Source: Candidatus Saccharimonadota bacterium
Lineage (GTDB): Bacteria; Pseudomonadota; Alphaproteobacteria; CAJXXZ01; 1604HC
Reading direction: 5' to 3'
Assembly: GCF_008189525.1 (NCBI RefSeq)
Contig: NZ_CP043314.1
Span: forward strand, 330,001 to 362,000
Length of the DNA stretch: 32,000 nucleotides
The position numbers and the translations under genes are program-made. This document shows positions 24,762-32,000 of this stretch, one piece after another. The notes under the pieces are model-generated. The model worked only from the letters and a program-made list of their open reading frames with translations. It did not search any database and had not been told where the DNA came from. Each line of letters begins with the position of its first letter. Positions within the stretch are counted from its first letter, which is position 1.

Positions 24762-27700
24762 TTAAATATTTGTTATTTTAACTGGGTTGCTTTTATTTTT
24801 ATCAGAAGCAGATGACTTTCTGCTCAGTTTTGTAGCTGGTTTAGGAGCTACATTTTGCTGATTTTTGCTTCTTCTTGAAGTAGATTTTTTATTTTCAGTG
24901 TTGTTAGCCTCAGCTGTTTTTACAGTATTTTTTACTGATTTCTTATTTTTAGAAACAGATCCTATAGCCTGATTTCTTGACACTTCTGGAGAATTACTAA
25001 AAAGTCTAGTAACTTTCTCAGGAGTTACACTTGTTGATCTACTTAATGAAGCAGAAACAGGGGTTCCAAAACTCTGCATGCTACTTTTTCTACCAAATAA
25101 AACTCCAGAAACGTTAGAACCTTTTCTGCTCAAATCTGAACCACTCTGTTTTCTAACTACTTTTTTTCTTAGCTTCAAAAATGCATTAGGATTACTTTCT
25201 GCATATTTTATAGCTTGATTTGCTAAATTAATATTTAAATCTGTGGAAATATTTTTATTATCAACTGATTTAACCATTTTTCCAAAAACTTTACTATCAA
25301 CGATGTTTTGTATCAAAAGTTCAGCACTGTAATCTTCTTTTTTATATTCAGAGCTATTTTCTGTAAGTATAAATTTAACAAAAATAGCTTTTTTCCAAAT
25401 ATTCTTTAAAGAAGGTACAGCGAATTGTTTTTTAAAGTCTTCAAATTTTCCATTCAATGAAATTTTATTAAGCATTTCAAAGTTCTTTTCATTAAACAAA
25501 GACTTATATTCTTCAGTGCTTTGCAAAGCTTTTTGATCATTAGAAAATGCTGTGTAACTATGGCTCTTAGAATTTTCTATCTTTAGACGATTAATTGCAT
25601 TTTTTAAATATTCATCTTTCAATTCCTCTTTTTTGTTTTCCAGAGCTATCATTTGATTTTTAAGTGTACTTTTTTGCTTGTCTGTTAGTTTTTTAGAATT
25701 CAATTCTTTAACAGATAATCCTTGTAAAGCAAAGTTTTCTTCTGCAGTTTCAATTTCCTTTAAGAAACCTTCACTAATTTTGCTTAACTTCAATTCATTT
25801 ACTTCAGAGTTTAACTTTACATTTAATTCTTCAGACTCATCTCCAGATTTTCCACTGCTAGACTTACTTTCTACAGCTACAAAAGAAGAGTTTCCTGACC
25901 CATTAAGGCTGTCTGTTTTTGAACTTTTAGGTGTTACAGTGCCATTTGATCCAGATTTTTCTAATTCTGCTTGAGCTTTTTGTAATAATTCTTCTGTTCT
26001 ATGAGTTTCTGCTCCAGATTTACTCTTATTTATATTGCTATCTGTTTTATCTGAGTTACTCTTAAAACCTTCAATAGTTCTCTCTGAATTTTTTCCACCA
26101 TCCATAGAATCTCTAGGAGTTTGTGGCAAAACACCTCTTTGTGGACTTGCAGCAATTGTTTCAGCTTCAGCATTAGTTTTCAAATGGCTTTGAACCTGAT
26201 CTCTTTCTTCTTGATCAACAGAATCAACTTGTCTTGCTGATCTATCAGTTACTTTTCCATTTCTATCGCTCATTATATATCCATCAGTATTGCTAGGATC
26301 TAATAAAGGATTTTGCTGTCCTTGACCAATTGTAGAATTGAAGCTTGATGTAAGATTTATACCTCTCTGAGTTTCTAACATATCTCCTCTATTTGTACTA
26401 TTTATACTTTCTGGAGAAGCAGTTGCATAAGAATAATTCCTATCAACGGAACCAAGTGGAAGGGTAGGTACCGGAGATTGTGAAGGATTTAGAGGTGGAG
26501 ATGATTGGGTTCCTCGTTCTGTAGTTTGTACAGGAATTCTAGGTTCTGGAGAACCTGATCTAATCTTACTTGTCTCTCTACTTAAAGCAAACTCAGAGGC
26601 TCTAGCTGGACTTCCTGCAAAGCTAGTTCTGCAAGACAGTATTGCGTTTAATATTTTTCTCTCTGGTTCGTATGCTGCATCTGAAAGCCTTGCATTAGAA
26701 ACAGATGCTGCAAGATCATCTAAAAATACTGCGCTACCACTGCCCTGTGTTTTATTGCTTTCATCTAAAATACTATCAAGAACTTTTGCTTCTGAATTTT
26801 CTAATTCATCTTTCACAGACTTAATTTCTGTATCAGACAAATTACATCCCCTGATCATTTCTCTTAAATCTTCAACTAATAAACCTTCATTTGTTAATGG
26901 AATGCTAGCTAAGGTAGACAAAACGTGACTCTGCTCGAACAAGTCTACTGAGGCAACATTATCAAGGTTATCTCTAGAAATTTGAATTATATCATCAGAA
27001 AATCTACTTGCTAACCTTGCTCCATTACCAAGATCCTCAGAAATATTTTTATTCAGCTCAGGTCTTGAAAAAGATTTACGCGCTGCATCAGATGCATTTT
27101 TCAAAGAACCTTTTTCTAATATAGATCTTTTAGGATAAAACTCCCCATCCCAATCATTACGAGAATATGAAACAGATCTAGCTCTTCTTCTTTGTGAACC
27201 TGAATCACTTAATCCACGTACAAAATCATTTCCAGCTATATTATGATTATCAGAATTTAAACTTAGATCAACTTCATTTTCAAACCCTTCTTCAAACCTT
27301 TTTCTAGGAAATGAGCGTAAAATACCTTCGGAATCTGTATTCACAGAAACTGAAGAAAAACCCAACTCTGTTTGTATGCCAGCATCATTTGATGAAATTT
27401 TTCTTGCAGAATTCATTTCAAGACTAGATTTATAAAAATCTACTAGAATTCCATTCAACTCACTATCTCTTTCCAACAAATCTCTTACTAACTCTTCTTT
27501 ATCAATAATTAGATTTAGTCTTTTTTCAAGATCTGCTGCAACACTTTCTTTTGTTACTTTTTCAATCTCTGTATTCTTATCAAGTAATTCTTTTTTATTT
27601 TCTAATGATAATTTTACATACTTAAAATCAGACAACATTTTTTCAAGACTGGATCTTTCTTCTTGTACAATAAATGCACGCTTCATATTTCCTTGTTCAA

Positions 27701-28922
27701 TAAGACTTGCTAATCGTAAAGAATTTAATTCTGTGTTTAATTTTTCTTTAGCTTCAGAAACTTCTTTATTTAATTTGGCTTTAGTTTCTGAAGATTTGGT
27801 CATATTTTCTGAAATATCAAAATCTTTTGTTTTTATATCATTTTCTAATTGCTCTATTTTTACTGTTTTTTCTTTAATGTCATTTAAAAGTTCATCTTTA
27901 GATTCTTGTAATGTTTTTAATTCTGCTTGCAAATTCTCAGCTTTAGCATTTAACTCTGCTTCTAAATCTAATTTTTTCTTTTGCTCTATCTCAAGTGTAG
28001 TTTTTAATTCATTTGCCATTTTTTCCACTTCAGCTTCTTTAAGAATTTCTTCGTTCTTTTTAATTGTTGTAGACTTTTCAGAACTTTCTTTAAGTTCATC
28101 AAGCTCTTTCTGAATCAAAGATAGGTTTGTAGCTTTCTCAGACAATTCAGTCTTTAGATTTGTTAATTCTTTTTCTAATTTTTGCTTATTTTCCAAATCT
28201 TTTTCTAGATTTTCTTTGGACTCTTTTAAAGTTTTTAGTTCTGATTGGAGTGCTTCGTTATTTTTCACACTTTCTTCTAAAGAATCATTATTAGCAGTTA
28301 ATTCTTTACCTGCTGTTCCTAGTTTTCCTTCAAGTGCATTTTTCTCTTTAACCAAAACATCCATTCTACACTCAAGTGCATTTTGTGTTTTTCTAAATGA
28401 GACCTCAAGTTCTGCAACACATTTTTCTTTTAAAGCTAACTTTTCTTCTAATTCAACAATTTTACTCTCAAGTACATCTTGTTCCTTTATAGAATTTTCA
28501 AGTTCAACACCTTCGTTTGTAACAGTTTCTAACAAACGTTCATTCAGCTTTACACTATTGCTGGTCCTAACATTATTTTTCAAATTAAAATTTACAGCAT
28601 TTAAAACTCTGTTAAAGTCTGAGCCTCTTAAGAAACATTTGTCAGCAACATTATGTCTAGAGTTAAAAGATAAACCTTTGGTGCCTTTTTTGTAGTCAAA
28701 TCTAACTCCATCTTTATGATAAAAGAAAGTGCCGTTATCTTCTCTTTTTATAAATCCAACTAAGTTTTTATGACTCTTGGACAATTTTCCAAAATCTTCA
28801 TTAAAGCTTGCAAGAGCATTTTCATTTTTTATTACAAACCCGTTATTTAGGTCAAAATCCGCGTTTACTATGCTTGTACACACTGAAACAGTCAAACAAA
28901 AGCGAAAAAAATTTCTTTTCAT
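24762..28922 (-). CDS. Giant secreted/surface ORFan: signal peptide, N-terminal globular module, ~375-aa coiled coil, ~500-aa Ser/Pro/Gly/Asn-rich disordered region, second helical module, strongly basic Ser/Lys-rich C-terminal tail
   Basis: 1386 aa. The signal peptide is MKRNFFRFCLTVSVCTSIVNA|DF. A heptad-like E/K/L/N-rich stretch spans aa ~125-500 (nt ~27423-28550) with an internal repeat: ALQSELKTLKESKENL (aa 224-239) versus NLQAELKTLQESKDEL (aa 330-345). A Pro-rich patch reads SGSPEPRIPVQ...SSPPLNPSQSPVPTLPLG (nt ~26433-26555). The last ~135 aa are rich in K/R/S/N. I recognise no catalytic or beta-barrel domain. Confidence 0.8.
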   Translation of the reverse strand: MKRNFFRFCLTVSVCTSIVNADFDLNNGFVIKNENALASFNEDFGKLSKSHKNLVGFIKREDNGTFFYHKDGVRFDYKKGTKGLSFNSRHNVADKCFLRGSDFNRVLNAVNFNLKNNVRTSNSVKLNERLLETVTNEGVELENSIKEQDVLESKIVELEEKLALKEKCVAELEVSFRKTQNALECRMDVLVKEKNALEGKLGTAGKELTANNDSLEESVKNNEALQSELKTLKESKENLEKDLENKQKLEKELTNLKTELSEKATNLSLIQKELDELKESSEKSTTIKKNEEILKEAEVEKMANELKTTLEIEQKKKLDLEAELNAKAENLQAELKTLQESKDELLNDIKEKTVKIEQLENDIKTKDFDISENMTKSSETKAKLNKEVSEAKEKLNTELNSLRLASLIEQGNMKRAFIVQEERSSLEKMLSDFKYVKLSLENKKELLDKNTEIEKVTKESVAADLEKRLNLIIDKEELVRDLLERDSELNGILVDFYKSSLEMNSARKISSNDAGIQTELGFSSVSVNTDSEGILRSFPRKRFEEGFENEVDLSLNSDNHNIAGNDFVRGLSDSGSQRRRARSVSYSRNDWDGEFYPKRSILEKGSLKNASDAARKSFSRPELNKNISEDLGNGARLASRFSDDIIQISRDNLDNVASVDLFEQSHVLSTLASIPLTNEGLLVEDLREMIRGCNLSDTEIKSVKDELENSEAKVLDSILDESNKTQGSGSAVFLDDLAASVSNARLSDAAYEPERKILNAILSCRTSFAGSPARASEFALSRETSKIRSGSPEPRIPVQTTERGTQSSPPLNPSQSPVPTLPLGSVDRNYSYATASPESINSTNRGDMLETQRGINLTSSFNSTIGQGQQNPLLDPSNTDGYIMSDRNGKVTDRSARQVDSVDQEERDQVQSHLKTNAEAETIAASPQRGVLPQTPRDSMDGGKNSERTIEGFKSNSDKTDSNINKSKSGAETHRTEELLQKAQAELEKSGSNGTVTPKSSKTDSLNGSGNSSFVAVESKSSSGKSGDESEELNVKLNSEVNELKLSKISEGFLKEIETAEENFALQGLSVKELNSKKLTDKQKSTLKNQMIALENKKEELKDEYLKNAINRLKIENSKSHSYTAFSNDQKALQSTEEYKSLFNEKNFEMLNKISLNGKFEDFKKQFAVPSLKNIWKKAIFVKFILTENSSEYKKEDYSAELLIQNIVDSKVFGKMVKSVDNKNISTDLNINLANQAIKYAESNPNAFLKLRKKVVRKQSGSDLSRKGSNVSGVLFGRKSSMQSFGTPVSASLSRSTSVTPEKVTRLFSNSPEVSRNQAIGSVSKNKKSVKNTVKTAEANNTENKKSTSRRSKNQQNVAPKPATKLSRKSSASDKNKSNPVKITNI

Positions 28923-29246
28923 ATAGGAATATTATCATATAATTTACATTTTCCAATACTTTTCTTAATACTTAATTTACACTCTACAAATAGAATAAGA
29001 AATTAACTTAAATCCTGCTTATTTCCAAAACAGCTAACAACTAAAAAAACTATCTAAAAACTAGAAGAAATATTTCATACAAAAACTAATCAACATATAT
29101 ATATTTTGTATTAAGCATAAACATGCATTGTATATATCATTTTATTAATATTCTATTAGCTCATAAAAAAGTAGTGAAACTCTGCAAATCTGCAATTTAA
29201 TTAAGAAAAACTTGTTTTAAACATAAAAGACACTTATCATTCGATA

Positions 29247-30668
29247 GTGCACAAACTTACTGATTACTCAAATATTCCAAAAGATATTCCTTCTAAACTA
29301 AAGGAAATAATAACAGATCCTAAGTGCTTTACTTCACCTGAAGAAGCTTATAACTACTGTCTGTATCTTTATGATCAGTCTGCTGACTTACTAAAAGAAA
29401 TGAGTAAGCAAAAGAATTTTGATGATTCAGTATGTGAAAGCGATATAACATATCCTTATATAGGGTGTGAAATAAAATCAAAAAAGAAAAATGCAAGTAG
29501 TTTAGAACTAGGGTTTTACGGAACTACAATTACTAAGCCTAAAATTTTCAAAGATTTTTACATAAATAAAATGAAAGAAATAACAAGCTCAGGTGGAGAT
29601 ATATGGGTAGGGAAGTCTTCTTACCCCATGTCATTGGCATTTGTGTCAGAAGATTTGTTCAATGAATTAAATCTTGAAAAAAGAATGAAGTTCAATTCAC
29701 CTTGCATAAACAGAATACAAACTGGACTTTCAGAAATTCACAAACAAGAAAGCATAATAAATATATCTACATTCCATGCTGAGCATGTAGACTACTCCCT
29801 AAACAGATTACACCACTACTGCGGAACAAATGCAGAAACATTTCAAAACAACATAGTTTTCACAAACTACCAAAGTTATGTAGATTTTTTCTTAGAAGAT
29901 GGTAAAAAACTCATAGAAGAAGGAAAATATGAATCCATGACAGGACCTAATTTCCACATTTCTAAAAATGAATCTTGTGTAAAAGCTAATACAAATCCAC
30001 AAATGCCTGCTTACCACCTTTCTCTTCCAAACAGAAGAGGAATCACTCTTATCAATATAGGAGTAGGGCCTAGTAATGCTAAAAACATTACAGACCATTT
30101 AGCTGTTCTTAAGCCTAATAGCTGGACAATGCTTGGACATTGCGCTGGATTACATTCAAGCCAAGAAGTCGGAGATTACGTATTGGCTCAAAACTACTCA
30201 AGACATGATCATGTTTTAGATCCATATATTGCAAATAGAATACCTATTCCAGCATCAAAAGAATTGACAGAATGTCTAGAAGAAAGCGTCCTTAGAAACA
30301 ACCACAATGGGGAAAAATTGCACAAAGGAACGATAGCAACTACTGGAGATAGAAACTGGGAACTAAATGGAGAAATGGTAAAAGAATTTTCAGAATCTAA
30401 TGCTATAGCAGTGGATATGGAGTCTGCAACTATAGCAACAAATGGATTTAGGTTCTCTGTACCTTGCCTTACATTCCTATGCATATCAGACATGCCTCTG
30501 CATAGAAAATTAAAACTAAAAGGAATGGCTCAAAACTTTTATGAAACCAGAATAAGAACCCATTTCAACACAGGAATGGAAGCTGTAAAGAATATAAACA
30601 AAAAACTAAATTACAGCATAAGAACTAATTCAAGTAAAAAAGGTAAAAAACTGGTTCCATTTAGATAA
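29247..30668 (+). CDS. amn: AMP nucleosidase
   Basis: 473 aa, collinear by eye with E. coli Amn. Matching motifs: FHAEHVDYSLNRLHHYCGT, VFTNYQSYVDFF, QMPAYHL, GITLINIGVGPSNAKNITDHLAVLKPNSWTMLGHCAGL, GDYVLAQNYSRHDHVLD, IPIPAS, DRNWEL, AVDMESATIA and CISDMPLH, plus the C-terminal ..PFR. It has a GTG start. Confidence 0.93.
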   Translation: MHKLTDYSNIPKDIPSKLKEIITDPKCFTSPEEAYNYCLYLYDQSADLLKEMSKQKNFDDSVCESDITYPYIGCEIKSKKKNASSLELGFYGTTITKPKIFKDFYINKMKEITSSGGDIWVGKSSYPMSLAFVSEDLFNELNLEKRMKFNSPCINRIQTGLSEIHKQESIINISTFHAEHVDYSLNRLHHYCGTNAETFQNNIVFTNYQSYVDFFLEDGKKLIEEGKYESMTGPNFHISKNESCVKANTNPQMPAYHLSLPNRRGITLINIGVGPSNAKNITDHLAVLKPNSWTMLGHCAGLHSSQEVGDYVLAQNYSRHDHVLDPYIANRIPIPASKELTECLEESVLRNNHNGEKLHKGTIATTGDRNWELNGEMVKEFSESNAIAVDMESATIATNGFRFSVPCLTFLCISDMPLHRKLKLKGMAQNFYETRIRTHFNTGMEAVKNINKKLNYSIRTNSSKKGKKLVPFR

Positions 30669-30700
30669 AAAAATTATTTAAAGAATATGGACTAAATTCA

Positions 30701-30727
30701 CTAAACTTAGTTTAGACTTAGTTTAGA
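30701..30727. repeat. 11-bp perfect tandem duplication (cttagtttaga x2, 30706-30727) overlapping a palindrome (ctaaact-t-agtttag, 30701-30715). Possible amn terminator with alternative pairings.
   Basis: Read directly. The duplicated agtttag gives two alternative partners for ctaaact. It lies 33 nt after the amn stop. Confidence 0.6.
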
Positions 30728-30753
30728 AATAATCACTACTACAGAAACATTCT

Positions 30754-30771
30754 TATATAACCTATATAACC
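30754..30771. repeat. 9-bp perfect tandem duplication (tatataacc x2)
   Basis: Read directly at 30754-30762 and 30763-30771. Confidence 0.9.
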
Positions 30772-30874
30772 TTTGTTGACTATCTTTGTATTAATTCACC
30801 ATTCCCTTGAAATATGACCTGCAAACGCACTGCTCTGGGTAATAATTATACAAAAATATAAGTACAATGATGAG

Positions 30875-31576
30875 ATGAACGAAAAAATGAAACTAGACCT
30901 TTACGCTTCTTTATTAGCATTTGAAACAATAAATTTCGAAGATGAAATCAAAAAGATAGAAAATAGTTTTGCAGGAATTCATTTAGATTATATAGATGGT
31001 AATTTTATAAACAAGTTTGGAATACCTCCTTATTTCATAAAATTTATAAAGAAATTTTTCAAGAAACCAATACAAGTACACATTATGGGGTATGTAGATA
31101 ACTTTATAGACGAAATTTTATCACAAGATGCATTGCCAGATTCTATTTTCTTCCACATAGACTCATCAAACAATCCAGAACTTGTTATAGAAAAAGTTAA
31201 ATCTAAAAATATAAAAATTGGAATCTCTATAGAAAATTTTGGAACAAAAGAAATGAGTATTTTTGATAAAATAGATGAAATATTGATCATGACTGTCAAA
31301 CCAGGCAAATGTGGTCAGAAATTCATTGAAAAAAACTTACTTATATTAGATAAAATTGATTCTTTTTGTAAAGAGAAAGCTACAAACGATTTTTACCATA
31401 CAAAGAATATTTTTGTAGATGGAGGGGTTAATTTAGAAACAATACAAGCAGTATATAAATATAATAATGATCATGAGAAAATTACAGAAAACACCATAAC
31501 CAATCAACATCACAAAATAAAAGGCTGCGTAGTTGGATCTGCATATAAGGATTTTTTGTACAATAAGATTAGTTAG
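30875..31576 (+). CDS. rpe: Ribulose-phosphate 3-epimerase-like protein (divergent)
   Basis: 233 aa. The metal/catalytic positions align by eye with E. coli Rpe: GIHLDYIDGNF (HFDVMD), IQVHIM (DVHLM), ILIMTVKPGKCGQKFIE (LLMSVNPGFGGQSFI), IFVDGGVN (EVDGGV) and VVGSAY (VAGSAIF). A ~24-aa insert (YKYNNDHEKITENTITNQHHKIKG) precedes the last strand. Confidence 0.7.
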   Translation: MNEKMKLDLYASLLAFETINFEDEIKKIENSFAGIHLDYIDGNFINKFGIPPYFIKFIKKFFKKPIQVHIMGYVDNFIDEILSQDALPDSIFFHIDSSNNPELVIEKVKSKNIKIGISIENFGTKEMSIFDKIDEILIMTVKPGKCGQKFIEKNLLILDKIDSFCKEKATNDFYHTKNIFVDGGVNLETIQAVYKYNNDHEKITENTITNQHHKIKGCVVGSAYKDFLYNKIS

Positions 31577-31598
31577 TTAATTTAAATAATAAATTAAC
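31576..31598. terminator. AT-rich hairpin at the rpe stop codon (possible weak terminator)
   Basis: gttaattta-aataa-taaattaac is a 9-bp perfect inverted repeat with a 5-nt loop. It has only one G:C pair, so stability is low. Confidence 0.25.
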
Positions 31599-31695
31599 TT
31601 ATAAATATCATAAAATGTAAAAATAAGTTAATAAATAAACAAACAATGTACAAGTTTTCATTTTATCATTGTATCTTATGATGTATACTCACTTT

Positions 31696-32000
31696 ATGAA
31701 TCAAAAATGCTCTTTAGTTGCGATAGTTGGACCACCAAATGCTGGAAAATCTAGTTTACTAAATAATTGGCTTAACAAGAAAATAAGTATAGTCTCCTCA
31801 AAACCACACACCACTAGAAATAATGTGTTCGGATCAGTAACAAAAGAAGATACGCAGGTTGTTTTCGTTGACACTCCAGGATTTGCTAAAAAACATGGTG
31901 TATGGGGAAAGCACCTACAAAAATCTATGTATGAATCCTTAAAAGATGTAGACACAATATTATTAGTTATAGATTCTTTAAGTCCATTTAAGCTAGGAAC
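31696..32000 (+). CDS. era: GTPase Era, 5' partial (continues past the window end)
   Basis: Not in the ORF track because no stop is reached. Translation from ATG 31696 gives MNQKCSLVAIVGPPNAGKSSLLNNWLNKKISIVSSKPHTTRNNVFGSVTKEDTQVVFVDTPGFAK... The G1 motif GPPNAGKS, the G2 motif HTTR and the G3 motif DTPG are in Era order. In-frame ATGs also occur at 31678 and 31681. The track's 31701-31955 minus ORF is its antisense shadow. Confidence 0.88.
   Translation, partial: MNQKCSLVAIVGPPNAGKSSLLNNWLNKKISIVSSKPHTTRNNVFGSVTKEDTQVVFVDTPGFAKKHGVWGKHLQKSMYESLKDVDTILLVIDSLSPFKLG

Noticed and set aside
25678-28695. Plus-strand ORFs 25678-25974, 27733-28113 and 28216-28695 (98-159 aa, Ser/Phe/Leu-rich)
   Set aside because: These are antisense shadows of the E/K/L/N-rich giant gene (GAA/AAA/TTA read backwards gives TTC/TTT/TAA-poor frames). 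They have low-complexity S/F/L composition and no starts with an SD.
24762-28922. Giant ORF as an autotransporter (Sca-like) or a WH2/actin-nucleating effector
   Set aside because: The C-terminus is a basic, Ser/Lys-rich disordered tail ending in KITNI. It has no beta-barrel translocator or terminal aromatic residue. The only WH2-like string (AFLKLRKKV, aa ~1247-1255) lacks the preceding amphipathic Lxx[VI]xxG helix, so the match is too weak to claim.
31701-31955. 84-aa minus-strand ORF from the track
   Set aside because: The plus strand here encodes an unmistakable Era N-terminus (GPPNAGKS, HTTR, DTPG), so the minus ORF is its antisense artefact.
1-32000. Alternative genetic code (for example TGA=Trp, as in some tiny alphaproteobacterial symbionts)
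   Set aside because: The conserved genes (gyrA, rho, pdhABC, amn, dnaN) are full length under the standard code. The Trp positions I checked are TGG, and no conserved gene is interrupted by an in-frame TGA.

Overview
This is a strongly AT-rich 32-kb window with long spacers and the standard genetic code (TGG for Trp, mostly TAA stops). The gene set fits a reduced, host-associated alphaproteobacterium (Rickettsiales/Holosporales-like), but the exact taxon cannot be fixed without a database search. Most of the content is housekeeping. It includes gyrA, an S4-domain pseudouridine synthase, ssb, an FtsW-type SEDS protein, pdhA-pdhB-pdhC (split-E1 pyruvate dehydrogenase plus E2), dnaN, rho, rnhB and rsmA/ksgA. 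It also has three minus-strand tRNAs (Lys-UUU, Leu-CAA, Gln-CUG), a two-CSD cold-shock protein, an APA-family permease, amn (AMP nucleosidase) and a divergent rpe. The 5' end of era is present but missing from the ORF track because it runs off the window. I saw no rRNA, CRISPR, IS/transposase, integrase or multi-gene prophage/defence cassette. The non-housekeeping content is mainly lineage-specific secreted or membrane ORFans: a 1386-aa giant protein with a signal peptide, coiled coil and disordered regions; a 205-aa Ala/Gly/Asn/Tyr-rich secreted protein that is a local GC outlier; a 478-aa beta-rich putative outer-membrane protein just upstream of rsmA; a membrane-anchored protein divergent from rho; and a CxxC membrane protein. 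Other notable items are an orphan but motif-intact GTA/phage-type large terminase next to ssb, a ~150-aa Asn/Lys/Ser-rich N-terminal extension on Rho, a HicA-like small ORF at the left edge, and many short tandem duplications in spacers, the largest being a 21-bp hairpin-forming array between rho and rnhB. I do not see a clear-cut novel multi-gene system. The best leads are single-gene oddities and are listed with their limits.
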